Shown here: piece by piece, positions 14,101-26,892 of the stretch
Numbering within the stretch: the stretch's first letter is position 1
How the letters are laid out: every line of letters starts with the position of its first letter
Source of the DNA: Lingula anatina
Lineage: Eukaryota; Animalia; Brachiopoda
Length of the DNA: 64,000 nucleotides
Direction: 5' to 3'
Assembly: GCA_051362555.1 (NCBI GenBank)
Contig: CM120647.1
Coordinates: 10,168,001-10,232,000, forward strand
Made by a program: the position numbers and the translations under genes
Notes under the pieces: generated by a model
What the model was told of the DNA's origin: nothing
Database searches by the model: none
Seen by the model: the letters and a program-made list of their open reading frames with translations, nothing else

Positions 14101-15526
14101 TTCACCATCGATCCCTGCAGCTGTACTACCCCCTACCTGTGCGTCGTATGTGCTGACAGGGTGGAGTCGTATTTTGCGGAGGTTTGCCTCACTGCCTGTG
14201 TGTTTAGGTAAGTCACAGGTGGAACATGTTAATAATAATTGGTGCAGAAGGAGGAACAAAAGACATTTAAATTTGGTGGTGGCACCAAATTGAAATCTGA
14301 AGCAGAGTTTGACTTGCCTGTAAGTAGTGGGCAAGAATGTAACATTTACAACTAATGTTGTGGACTATGCCATTCCACTGTTACTGTCCAACTATACAAT
14401 GAAAAAGGCTGGTGTAAAGATGGACATAGAAAATGACACCACTGTTATTCTTGGTGAGGAAGTAGCATATTAAACCTCACATCCTCTGGTCAAAATGTAT
14501 CCTAGTTTTTCAGACCGCTGTAGAGGAAGTAAAAGCTGTAAATGAGCCGAGATCTAACAAGAAAGCAAAAAGTTGGTTGAGAATTTTGTCACAATCCATG
14601 CAAACTGAATGTGCCGGCTTGTCTCACACAGGTTGCATTTACAGTGTGAATCTTCCTCAAGGTCAGAATCATTATTATCACTGGACTTTTGAGCTCTTGT
14701 GTCATTTCCTGGGACGACTGTACGACTTTCAAAATGTGAAGAATCTTGTATTTTTGTAACAAGGTCTTCTCTCACGATGCTGTTATCACTATTTTGTTCA
14801 ATTATGTCACTTTGCATTGTTTTGTCTGAATCTTTTGTTGCCCCATCCATTGGCAAGCCAATAACATTAAAAGGGTTGTGTTTTACACAGAGAAAGAAAG
14901 TAACAAAGAAAGACAAGTTGGCAACTTGTGTTAGCGAATCATTGGCGAAATGAAGCTATAAAGATGTGTCATGATGATGTGGCACATCTTGGTAGAGAGA
15001 GAACAATAGAGTTGATTCCAGATAGATTTTTTAAAAAATAAAATGTATGTAGCTACTTGTGATAGACTTGTACAAAGAAAATCAATTCCAGATAAAGCAC
15101 CTTTAGTCAATAGGAGTTCATCACAACTGATGGAAACATTACGTATTGACTATCCAACTGTAGAAGATAATAAAGGTGGTATTGCTAATGTGTATGTGTG
15201 TAACGGACAACTTTTCCAGGTATGCATAAGCATATCCTACTAAAACTCAGACTGCACACACTAAGGCAAGGTTGTATGAAAACATGACTGGCAAGGTTGT
15301 ATGAAAACATGACTGTCATTATGGTTTTTCAGCAAAAATACATAGCCATCAAGAAGAAATTTTTGAGAACTTTAGAACTTAAAAGGAATAACAAAGAATT
15401 ATTTGATAGAATGACGAGAAGGGCTGTCCTCCAGCAAGGAGATAGTGTATTGATCAAAAACTTGGGTTAAAAGGAATGGATGGAAAATGGTTCACAGAAA
15501 TCACTTCCTTCCTTTGCCTTTCACGG

Positions 15527-15562
<36 letters not shown>

Positions 15563-16760
15563 GCGCAGGCTAGGAAAAGTAGTGAGACAAAAGTGCAAGT
15601 TGAAGATACCTCCATTCCAAGGAGGTCTAAAAGGGAGAAAAGGATTCCAGAAAAATATCAAGGCTAACTTAAAGCTTTGATTTCTTTGGTATCATATTTC
15701 AATAAAAACTAGAGGATCAGACAGGCCTTCGAATATTGTACCACCAGCTGGAGTAAGCGCGATCGCATAGACCCCCACACACACAAAAGAGGGACACCAA
15801 CACCAGTCTTGTACTTGACAAGCTGTAAAAATGCAATCAACAAGAATTCTCAAAATATGCAAAAATTATATATAACTAAAAATGGTACAATCAAAGTTCA
15901 GTTTATAGTTAGGTAGGTCAAAGATCAATTTCAAGGTCACAGTAAATTTCCAGTATATGACTTCCTATTCAAGTTCAATAGCAACTATGGACCTACCTCT
16001 GCCACTTTTGAAGACAAAAGGGAACCAAAATTTGTAAACTTCAATTCATGGTAAAAAGTAGGTCAAAGGTCAATTTCAAGGTCACACTTCGATTGCCAAT
16101 ATATGACTTCCTATTCAAATTCAATAGTTACTATGGACATATCTCTGCCAGTTTTGGAGATAAAAGGGAACCAAAATTTGCAAAGTTCAATTCATGATGA
16201 AAAGTAGGTCAAAGTTCAATTTCAAGGTCACATTTAGATTGCCAGTATAAGACTACCTATTGAAGTTCAATAGTAACCATGGACCTATCTCTGCCAGTTT
16301 TGGAGATAAAAGGAAACCAAAATCTGCAAAGTTCAATGCATGATGAAAGTTAGGTCAAAGTTCAATTTCAAGGTCACAGTAAATTGCCTCTAATGACTTT
16401 CTATTCAAATTCAATAGTAACTATGGGCGTATCTCTGCCAGTTTTGAAAATAAAAGCATTAAAAATTTGGGAAAAATTTCTACAGACGGCTTTCCAAAAG
16501 TCATATGTGTAGATTTCAAATATGCCCTTGGATTTGACCTTTGACCTTTACTTCAAGGTCAAGTTACTATTGAAGTTGAATAGGAAGTCATATACTGGTA
16601 ATCTTGATGTGACCTTAAAATTGACCTTTGACCTTCTTTTCCAAGCCTTTTTTTTTTTCAGAGTTCAAAATTTATTATCCATTACCGTACTGCACATTTT
16701 GCTTTCACCATCAATATGTACTTTTTGATACAGCGTAACTTGAAAACCGTATGTAATACA

Positions 16761-18840
16761 AAAACAAGGCAGCAAAGCTGTCAAATGTACAGACAAAAAA
16801 GCAGGAAATAACTATGCACAAAATAGGCTACTGTCAATTCTGATGCAAGAGTACATTATGTTAAACTGTAAACTCAACATCAAATTTTAATTATGCTCAA
16901 CAGGTAATACCAATGAAAGTAAAATGTGTAACAAGCATAAGGCTTCAGGCCCATGAGAGTTCAAGTTCACACTTTGAAAATGTATAACTTCCAGAAAAAG
17001 AAGCCAATTAGACTGCTTTTCCAACTCAGGCTGCATGCCGATTTTCGAACTTGACCTCCGTTTTAGTAAGATCGATTACTCCTGAGAGTTTCACGACAAC
17101 AGGCCTATCGGTTTTCCTTGAAATATGTTTACAGTGTTGCATATGTGTTGAAAAGTGAAAGAAAAAAGCATAACTTCTACTCGCCCGATCATCCTGATTT
17201 TCGAACTTGACCTGCGTTTTATAAATAAACATCAGCTCTTTAAATATAAAGCCCAAGAGTACAACTGCCTTCCACTTATCGTGTTTACAATGAAAGTGCA
17301 AGGTGCCGGCAACAGCGATGACGGCGACGACAGACGCAGGTGATGGCAATATGTACAGACACATCTATACATATTTACTGTACTGTTTGAGAACAGTAAG
17401 TGACATGGTTTTTCTTAAATGCTCATCATGGGAGCAGTGCCCAAAATAGATTTTTTCAAATTTTGATGCAATATTACATAATGTTTAACAGCATAATGAC
17501 CATCAATTTTTAATAATAAAATATTAGCATCATGGATATTCAGAAAATGTGACTAGCAAAGGTCTTCAGGCCCATGGAACTTCAAAGTCACAACTTGAAA
17601 ATGCCAAAATGTAAACAAGACAGCACTGCTCTGAAATGTTTTTTTTTTTTTCATTTTTAACAATTTTTTAAACATAAAACAAAATTAACAGGTTACTGCC
17701 ATTTTTATACGATCATCTAAGAAAATTGATGAGATGGGAAAAATATCAATACAACAGTGTTAAATGTCCAATTTCCTCCATTCTGAGATTCTGAACATAG
17801 TGAATGATTGAATCTGACAAACTGCAATGATATGAGTTTGTTTCCATTTTTGAAACTTTATTACACAATACACGATAACAAGTTTACCATCACTTTTTAC
17901 ATAATCAACTAATAATGTTGTAAAGATGCAGGAAATGTCAACCAAACACTTTTACATGTCTTATTAGTTAAATAATGAGACTATTAACATGCCTAAGAAT
18001 TGAATCTGAGGAAATGTGAAACAAGACAGCACTGTTCTGACATGGGTTTATTTCCATTTTTAACACTTTTTTAAAGATAAAACAAAATAAACAGTTTACT
18101 GCAATTTTTATATGATCAACTAAGATAATTGATGAGATGGGAAAAATATCAATAGAATAGTGTTAAATGTCCAATTTCCTCCATTCTGAGATTCTGAACA
18201 TAGTGAATGATTGAATCCGACAAACTGCAATGATATGAGTTTATTTCCATTTTTGACACTTTATTACACAATACACGATAACAAGTTTACCATCATTTTT
18301 ACGTAATCAACTAACAATGTTGTAAAGATGCAGGAAATGTCAAACAAACACTTTAATGTATCTTATTAGTAAAATAATAAGACTGTTAACATGCCTAAGA
18401 ATTGAATCTGAGGAAATGTGTAAAAACAGCATAACTTCTAAAATAATGGCCCGATTATGCTGATTTTCAAACTCGACCTGCTTTTTAGTAAGATTGACCA
18501 CTCCTGTGAGTTTAATGACAATTGGCCTATCGGTTTTTCTTATATTGTGTTTACAGTGTTGCATATATGCTGAAAAAAAGGAAAAAACAGCATAACTACT
18601 AAAATAGTGGCCCAATCATGCTGATTTTCGAACTTGACCTGCGTTTTATGAATATTCATCAGCTCTGCAAATATAAAACCAAAAAATAAAACTGTGTTCC
18701 ACTTATCGTGTTTACAGTGAAAGTTGCACGGCGACGGCATCGCCATCGGCATCGGCATCGCCATCGGCATCGGCGACGACGGCGACGACAGACGCAGGTG
18801 ATGGCAATATGTACAGACACATCTGTGTCTGTACATAAAA
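16761..18840 (-). mobile_element. Helentron-type family A copy with both termini and an internal partial terminus
   Basis: Plus-strand start AAAACAAGGCAGCAAAGCTGTCAAATGTACAGACA (3' stem-loop plus subTIR), end ATGTACAGACACATCTGTGTCTGTACATAAAA. (GGCATC)/(GGCGAC) microsatellite at 18730-18790. Partial terminus at ~17350. Confidence 0.8.
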
Positions 18841-19940
18841 ATACGGAGACCACCCCTAGTGTTTGGCTTTACATGCTCTACAAAATGCAAAAAAGAATGG
18901 GTCTCTAGCATTAATGGTTCCCGAATTAGAGACAGTTTTCAGTTTTGGCATCTTAAGGCTGCTACTCCCGTGAAAATGCACCGATTGACCCCAAATTCAC
19001 GGAGATGAAAGATGATCCGACGGGTAACACTTCCCAATAATATTATTGGTTAAGTCTGTGTGGTGTCTGAATAACAGGGAAAAAAAATGTTTTCGTAAAA
19101 AAATTTATTTTTTTGAAAATTTTGGCCCGTTTGACCTTGAAGTAAAGGTCAAATCCAAGGGCATATTTGAAATCTACATATGACTTTTGGAAAGCCGTCT
19201 GTAGAAATTTTTCCCATAACCCCTTCCGTAGGGTAGATAATTAGCATTTAATTTTGCCATTTTTGGACAAGGGTGCATTGCAATGAGTGCCACACCCAGA
19301 CCCCAATACGGACAAAGCCCAAATTTTACGTGGAACGAGTTGAGATTATAGGTGACCTAAATCCAAGAGATGGGTACGGGGGCCCTTACCGTCTAGGAGG
19401 AGAAGCGGTAACGGTAGCCGTCCGGCGGAACGATCTGGACGAGACCGAAACCATGTGTACCGCCAGCGCTAACGCTGGTGGTATAATAATATTAATGGTT
19501 AAGACTGTCTTGTGTCTGAATAACAGCGCAAATAATATTTTTTTCGTAAAAAATTTCGTTTTTTTGAAAATTTTGGTTCGTTTGACCTTGAAATAAAGGT
19601 CAAATCCAAGGGCATATTTGAAATCTACACATATGACTTTTGGAAAGCTGTCTGTAGAAATTTTTCCCATAATTCCTTCCGTAGGGTAGATAATTAGCAT
19701 TAAATTTTGCAATTTTTGGACAAGGGTGCATTCCAATGAGTGCCACACCTAGACCCCAATACCGACAAAGCCCAAATTTTACGTGGAACGAGTTGAGATT
19801 ATAATTGATCTAAATCCAAGAGATGGGTACGCAGGCCCTTGTAGTCTAGGAAGAGAAGCGGTAACGATGACATGGCGGCAGAGCCGGCGGGTCAGGACTA
19901 AAACCATGTGTACCGCCAGCGCCTACGCTGGTGGTACAAC
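18841..19940 (-). mobile_element. Helentron-type family B, 5' half present as a tandem duplicate
   Basis: Two ~450-bp copies, each ending in the hairpin GTACCGCCAGCG-NNNN-CGCTGGTGGTA (~19457-19483 and ~19910-19937). Same structure at 61405-62120 and 43770-43931. Confidence 0.75.
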
Positions 19941-19957
19941 TATATCCTTGTTGTAGT

Positions 19958-21840
19958 CTAGGCTCGCCCTAGACGCTCGCATTTTCGCAATTTGCGAATG
20001 AAAATCCTTAAATGCTAAACAAAATTTGTAAAATGCTAAATAAAATGCGAAAGGAAAAAGTCTTCGTAATATATCCCCTCATAGATCTCATACTCTCTCA
20101 GTTATAGGTCACAAACATTTACAAGGTCAAGGTTGATCGTGTCGCGACCTGCGACTTTGCTTTGAATACAATCTAATTATAGCAAGGTTACCATATTTAG
20201 AAATTGACCCATGTCGCAATGCCTATTTTACCCAATAGTGTTGCGCGTGTGATCGATAAGTATCGTAAAGCGTGTTCAGCGTGTGGTATGAATGATCATG
20301 GCGGGCGCAGGATCCAGAAAAAATGTCGGGAGGAAGATGTCAGTCCAAGAAGTTTATTTTTCAATAAAGTGCAGAAGGAAATGTGCAACCTTGCCATGTG
20401 GGGGTGGGACAGGACAAAGGCTTACTTAAAGAAGACAGTGGGGAGCTTTTCACAGCACAAACTCCCGGAGTTGCCACGTGGAAAATATGGTAAGTGGCGT
20501 GCAATCTTGTTAAAAGTAGTTAGTTTTACTGTTGTGCTAATGATAAATGCATCATATACTTCGCGGGAGAACTCTTCGCAAGAATTGCTATTGAAACAGT
20601 TTAGCTTCATTTTGACGGTTTTATGATAAGGTCTTAATTGATCATGAGTTGTCAGTCAACGGCGCATTACTTTCATGAGCTGTCAGTCACTACTTTGGAG
20701 CTTTTAAGAATATTTTGATAGATACGTTGCACCTTTCAATGGCACACATCTCCACGAAAAATGCGTTGGATATGTGATTTATATATTTCAAGCATATCGT
20801 TATATATCTTGGACATTCCCTACTTGACATAACTGTTACAAATCGTAACAAGCTATTCCATTTACTCAACTGAAAAATCAATACTAGAAGGGACTGGTAC
20901 CTTTGTAATTTTAACTGGCTGAAACTAGTCTGTTGTCTAGAGGACAAACTGCCTGTCATCAAGTAACTAGTAGTAGATTTAACTGAAAAATCAATAATCT
21001 GGCACCAGCCGGCAGACTACACTCATGTAAGTTACGGTTGCTGTATTGACTTGGGCCTCAGACAAAACTGAATTTAAGACTGAAAGTTTAACTCAAGAAG
21101 TTTTTATTGTCCTAAAATGATGTCTCTTTTAAGATTTTAAGTAACAAGTATTATTGTCTAAAGCAGGGATTTTTTTTTTTTTGGGGGGGGGGGGGGGGGG
21201 GTGCATAATATCATTCTTGAGATAGATGCAGATCTGTAAAAATGTGTGTGTGTGTGTGTGTGTGGGGGGGGGGGGCATACCCACTGACTTTTTCACTTAT
21301 TGGCAGTCTCATCCCAGCTTAGGCTACTGTTTCTGCCTGCCATAAAAGTTATTGCATTCTTTGGTATACTTGGAAAATAAAGTTACTGAGAGACTGACTT
21401 TGAATGATTATTGGCTATAACTAGGCATGGTGCCTATATCATATGACTCTTTGTGGGCTATTTTTTGTGTATAATAACAGGAGAGCATGTTCATGTATGC
21501 CGGTCATTTTTTTAAGAAAGCATTTGCAATAAATATGGGAATTGAAAATTTGTCTTTTCATGGTTTGGTACATGTTGTAATAAAAGTTTAATACAATGTA
21601 GACATTTTGAAAATGTGATCAGATAAAAAAAAAAACAGCCCTCTAAATTATTGACATTTTTTGGTCAGTATTACAGACAACATAGACCTGTACACTAATC
21701 ACTATAAGGCAAATTACATTATTTACTAAAATGCAACAAAGTAACTTTTTTTTTGCTAAAGAAAATAATAAAATGCTAAAAGATTTTTGAAGTCTTTAGC
21801 ACATTTTGCTAAAAGAAATTTAGGACTAGGGCGAGCCCAG
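19958..21840. mobile_element. Non-autonomous TIR DNA transposon with a 5-bp TSD (hAT5-like)
   Basis: TIR CTAGGCTCGCCCTAG / CTAGGGCGAGCCCAG (14 of 15 match), flanked on both sides by GTAGT (19953-19957, 21841-21845). Subterminal TGCTAAA repeats at both ends. No transposase recognised. Confidence 0.8.
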
Positions 21841-22299
21841 GTAGTGTTATTTTTATTTCTGGAATGAATGAAATGTATGGAGACATTTCTTTAAGAAGGT
21901 GGGTGAATGTAGCTGTATGAATGTCTCGTCTTCACTGATGTTCGTCTTTTATTTTGTCACGTGTGTGTCATACTACTTTCTCATTCCCATTGGCCACATA
22001 AAACAATTGTTACCCATGTTTAAGGCTTGTCGCGCTGTCTACAGGAGATAATTGCAGTACGCAGTAGACGCACACGCTGTTAGGCACATCTGTAGAAGTC
22101 ACAGTAAAACAGTGGATTTGAGGGGGTACCTCTCTTAAAATTTACTAAATGGCATAAAATATGCATATTTTCACCATTTTAACCATTAATCATGTTAGAC
22201 ACGGTATCTGTAAGAAAAAGCACCATTTCTAACAATTTACAGCTGTGAGGTGATCATTTGTAAATAAAAGTACATGGAAATGGGGGTGGGACAACCTTT

Positions 22300-24145
22300 T
22301 AGACCAATGTTGTATATGCTGACAAAAGAGAAAACCTAGGGGCAACACTGGGCACATCTCTGCTAGTTTTGAAAATATTAGGGGCAAGAAAATATGCAAA
22401 GCTCAGTTCATGGTGAAAAAGTAGGTCAAAGGTTTATTTCAATATCTCAGTATATGAATTTCTATTCAAGTTCAATAGTAACCATGGGTACTTCTTTGCC
22501 AATTTTGGAGATCTAAAGGCCAGAAAACATGAAAAAAGCAGTCCATCACAAAAAGTAGGTCAATTTCAAGGTTACAGTCAGATTGCCAGATAAACAGGAA
22601 CTTTGGGTGTATCTCCACCAGTTTTTGAGCTATAAGGGAAAGAAAATTTGTAGAAATCAGTTCATGCTGAAAATGAGGTTAATTTCAGGGTCACAGTTAG
22701 ATTGCCAGTGTGACTTCCTATTCATGTTCAATATTATCTTTGCCAGTTTTTGAGATATAAAGATCAGAAAATTTGCCAGAAGGTCAATTTTAGAAGGTCA
22801 ATTTCTAGGTCACAGTAAGATTACTAGTATAGGACTTCCATTCAACTTCAATGGGCATTTCTTTGCCAGTTTTGGAGATAGAAGGGACAGACACCTTGCA
22901 AAGATCAGTTCACTGTGAAAAGTAGGTCAAAGGTCAATTTGAAGGTCATAGTTACATTGGCAGCATATGACTTCCTATTCAAGTTCAACAGTAACTATAG
23001 CATATATGATGATGGTGGTGGTGGCGGGAGGGGCGGGGGAGCAGCATAAATTTTGAAAAAAAATTTTTTTCACACTTGTCCTGCATATAATGAATATTCA
23101 TCAGTTCTGTAAGTTTCAAGCAAAAAGGTAAAATGGTTTCCACTTATTATGTTACTGGTGTAGCAAATATGCTGAAAATAGTGAAAAAACAGCATAACTT
23201 TTATGAAAATGGCCCGATCATGCTGAACTTGCCCTGCATTTAATGTATATTCATCAGTTCAGTAAGTTTCAAGCCAAAAAGTATAATGGTTTTCCACTTA
23301 TTGTGTTATCAGTGTTGCATATATACTGAAAAAAGCATTCAAGTTCAATACAACTATGGGCATATCTCTGCTAGTTCTGGAGATATAACAGATAGAAAAG
23401 TTGCAAAGTTCAGCTCATGGGGAATAGTAGGTGTAAGGTCAATTTTAAGGTCACAATTTAATTGTCAGTATATGACTTCCTATTTAAGTGTAATAGTAAC
23501 AATGGACATACCTCTGCAAGTTTTGGAAATAAAAGGGATGGAAACATCACAAAGCTCAGTGCATGGTGAAAAGTAGGCCAAAGGTCAATCTGAAGGTTAC
23601 AGACTGTTAGTATGTGACTTAATATTAAAGTTGAACAGTAACTATGAGCCCGTCTCTTCCAGTTTTAGAGATAGAAGGGACAGAAACCTAGCAAAGATCA
23701 GTTCTTCACTGTGAAAAGTAGGTCAAAGGTCAATTTGAAGGTCACAGTTACATTGGCAGCATATGACTTCCTATTCAAGTTCAATAGTAACTATGGACGT
23801 ATCTCGGCCAGTTTTGGAGATTCAAGGGACCAAAAACTTGCAAAACTTCAGTCCATGGTGAAAAGTAGGTAAACGGTCAATTTTAAGGTAACAGATTGTC
23901 AGTATATGACTTCCTATTTAAATCAGATAGTAACTGTGGCCTTTCCTCTGCCAGTTTTGAAGGTATAAGCATCAAGAATGTTGTAAAATTCAGTTCATGG
24001 TGAAAAGTAGGTCAAATGTCAATTTCAAGGTCACAGTTAGATTGCCAGTATATGACTTCCTATTCAAGTTCAATAGTAACTATGGGGGTATCTCTACTAA
24101 TTTTGAGGATACAAGGGACCAAAAAGTTGCAATTTGAAGGTCACT
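22300..24145 (-). repeat. Old, diverged family B 146-bp satellite array with interleaved family A 161-bp-type units (23040-23340)
   Basis: Recurrent AAAAGTAGGTCAAAGGTCAATTT..AAGGTCACAG and GACTTCCTATTCAAGTTCAATAGTAACTATGG motifs. Confidence 0.8.
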
Positions 24146-24186
24146 CACATGCACAAAAGCATGCCTGAACTTTACCCAGCCCCTAC

Positions 24187-24328
24187 CTTCAGTGAACTAC
24201 AATAGGTCCTCCTCCTTTGGGCAATTTTTCTCTCACTGTTCTTACAAATTTGATCTGAGATGTGGTCTGGTTAATACACCAAAATCTGGCCAGGCAGTGT
24301 AGTGAAAGTGGCGAATGTGTCAGCTCTC
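24187..24328 (-). pseudogene. PTP pseudo-exon: WPD loop to catalytic motif
   Basis: ES*HIRHFHYTAWPDFGV/(fs)NQTTSQIKFVRTVREKLPKGGGPIVVH*S then gtaggg. The catalytic Cys codon is TGA (24189-24191). The acceptor is uncertain. Confidence 0.9.
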
Positions 24329-24628
24329 CTCAAAAATGTTCTTGGAAGTTCTCATTGTATGGATTGTCAAAACTTGATACTCAGTGAGGTCTGTTAAAAA
24401 GGCAGAAGACCCAAGTACAAGAGATAATATCATGTGGCAGAAGTATTTATTGAAATTTCATTTAATCATAGAAATTAGTTTTTGAAAAATTAAAATTTAG
24501 AGTTTGGGGTGTTTTTCAGTCATCCATTAAATTACTGAAATAATACTTTTGTAAAAGGACACTAAATATTTCTGAATTATTTTTCTTTTTTAACAAAATG
24601 TTAAATGGCGAAATAACCTTAAGCGTAC

Positions 24629-24740
24629 CTTTGCTATTTTATACGCAGAAATGTTCCACTCCAGTGTTCTGGTCTCGTTCAGTATTGTCCCCATACATGG
24701 CTGTCTCAGAGTCACTGGGCCAGTACTGGTGACACTTCTC
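24629..24740 (-). pseudogene. PTP pseudo-exon: KCxxYWP motif
   Basis: tttgcag|EKCHQYWPSDSETAMYGD/(frameshifting deletion)ILNETRTLEWNISAYKIAK|gtacgc. Confidence 0.9.
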
Positions 24741-24807
24741 CTGCAAAGATCAAGATTGCAATGATGACAAAAATGCACAATAAAAGAGGCAGAACATCAA
24801 CAACTTA

Positions 24808-25124
24808 AGCCTAGGTCCCAACTATGTTTTGGACGCAGGTTTTTTAGGTTCCTTGCATCCGTCTAGGACGTAGCTAGATCGCAGTAAAGCCTAGGCCCCA
24901 ACCGAACGTACGGGCTGCTACGTGTGGTCTACAGCCCAAAAATGGAGAAAACGTGGGAGTTCGTACGTGAGGAGCACTTCCATCGTGCGAATTTTGGAGG
25001 ATGCAAACAGAACGTTGAAACTTTTCGACATGATCAACAGCCGCTACGTGCGATCTAGGTACGTCCTAGCCGGACGCAAGGAACCTAAAAAACCTGCGTC
25101 TAAAACATAGTTGGGCCCTAGGCT
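24808..25124. mobile_element. PIF/Harbinger (Tourist-like) MITE
   Basis: ~75-bp TIRs AGCCTAGGTCCCAACTATGTTTTGGACGCAGG... / ...CCTGCGTCTAAAACATAGTTGGGCCCTAGGCT with a TTA TSD on both sides. Confidence 0.85.
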
Positions 25125-25672
25125 TTACAAAACATCACTTCTAAAGGAATACGTAACAATGAGGAAACATGGATTAGACCTCAACCCCTTTTCTTTAAAC
25201 AAGAGTGGTGTGCCTTAAAATTTATTAAATTTTTGGATAAGATTTATACAAAACATTATGCTGCTTTTCAATACACTTCCACATGCCAAGGTGAATTAAG
25301 TATTATACAAAAATAGGAAAAAAACCCTCTTATTTCTAGTTGGAGAAAGAAAATACACTCTTAGTGTAGGCAGGATAATATCAGTCTTTGAAAGACAATT
25401 TTATTTTACAAGACTTTGAATCATGAAAAACAAAATTTAACATTAAGTCTAGCTGACACTGTTTTTAATATTATGTAAACTGCACTTGTGCAGACTGCAA
25501 TATCTTCACTGGCTGAGAAACCAAATTAATTTTAATTAATATAACCAAGGGGCCCTCAATTTATGAAAATGTCAGATGAATTTTAATGTAATATGATTTA
25601 AATTAACTTAATTATTAAAACAAACCACTGCACTGAGTAGCACTACACAGGCTAATATAAACAATAACATAC

Positions 25673-25840
<168 letters not shown>

Positions 25841-26892
25841 CTAAAATGGCAACAACATGCTTTAGTTATAGGTTTATCATACTCCAATATTTATTAATTT
25901 TAATGCCAAATTTCCCTCAGTTACAAATGGTGCTTAATTTGTTTGCTAAAAACTTCAAATTGTATATTCTCACACAAGCCTGCCTATTTGGGTCTTCAAA
26001 ACTTAATGCTTATTCTAAATTCCTGTAATTCCTGAATTCCTGTATCACCATACAAATTTTAAATGATGAACACATGCTAACAAGCATGCACTCAAAACAG
26101 AAGTCAGTGGCACACTCTTTGAAAAACCACGTAAGACTTAAGGTAAGAAGAATGAGAATTACAGAATTGGGAAACAAAGTCAACCTGGAATAGCTTCGCG
26201 AATAGAAATTTATGGAAAAAGTTGTTCATATGTAAATGAAGCTTAAAAGAGGTCTGTAACACATTAAGATTAAACATAAATAACAACATATTATGATTAA
26301 GATATTTCACATTGGGACATTAAAAGATGACCAAGCATACTGAATGCGCCCACTGATCCAAAAGGTCAAGGTCTGCTGTCACAATAGCAAAAAGATGCCT
26401 TGTGAACTTCATAATTGGAAAAACAAATAAATCTAAATGGGGGTTCAATAACCTTTATCTAAGTTAAAGTGTGATAAGAAGGGATGAATAATTAAATAAT
26501 TGTAGGCAATGTTTAGTTAAGAAGGGTCCAGTGCAAATAAATGAAATCATGATGCCCACATAAAAAGTTATTGCCTTCAAAGATGGATTATACATCTTTG
26601 TACTTGTCTGAAAATAAAGCTGAAAATATATTGATTGATGGCAGAAATGATATATTAAGTCAGTGCTCTTAATGTGAACAGATAAAATAACACGAGTGCT
26701 TGTAAACACTTTGGTAAAGAAAAATCTGGAATCAACAACTTCCGACATGTCATCTTCTCATCTCTAGTGTGCAATTACCGCCTGGGAAATTTCTTTCCAA
26801 AAGTTGCCAGTCCTTTGGTCTGGCCATTTTCTGGCCTCTATAATAACTGTATATCAATATGTTCATTAATATTAAGCAGATTTGGTTGAAAT

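Larger units (their letters stand above)
3685..16468 (+). repeat. Tandem array of a ~3.9-kb unit, about 3.4 near-identical copies
   Basis: The anchor ATGTATGTAGCTACTTGTG is at 3690, 7556, 11446 and 15043 (spacings 3866, 3890, 3597). Unit 3 has a 274-bp deletion at ~13828. Other differences are mostly G-run and (AAAT)n lengths. The last copy stops at ~16468. Confidence 0.97.

Noticed and set aside
18659-18911. Arg/His-rich and MPMA-repeat ORFs
   Set aside because: They are products of the (GGCATC)/(GGCGAC) microsatellite near the family A terminus.
20204-20626. 140-aa ORF inside the 5-bp-TSD element as a transposase
   Set aside because: No BED finger, DDE or hAT dimerisation motifs were recognised.
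22014-22090. Minus-strand segment with an acceptor and donor, a candidate next PTP exon
   Set aside because: No frame gives AGVGR.G or Q-loop motifs, so it is unsupported.
24189-24191. TGA exactly at the PTP catalytic cysteine, suggesting a selenocysteine phosphatase
   Set aside because: The same exon and its neighbours have additional stops, frameshifts and missing exons. This is ordinary pseudogenisation.
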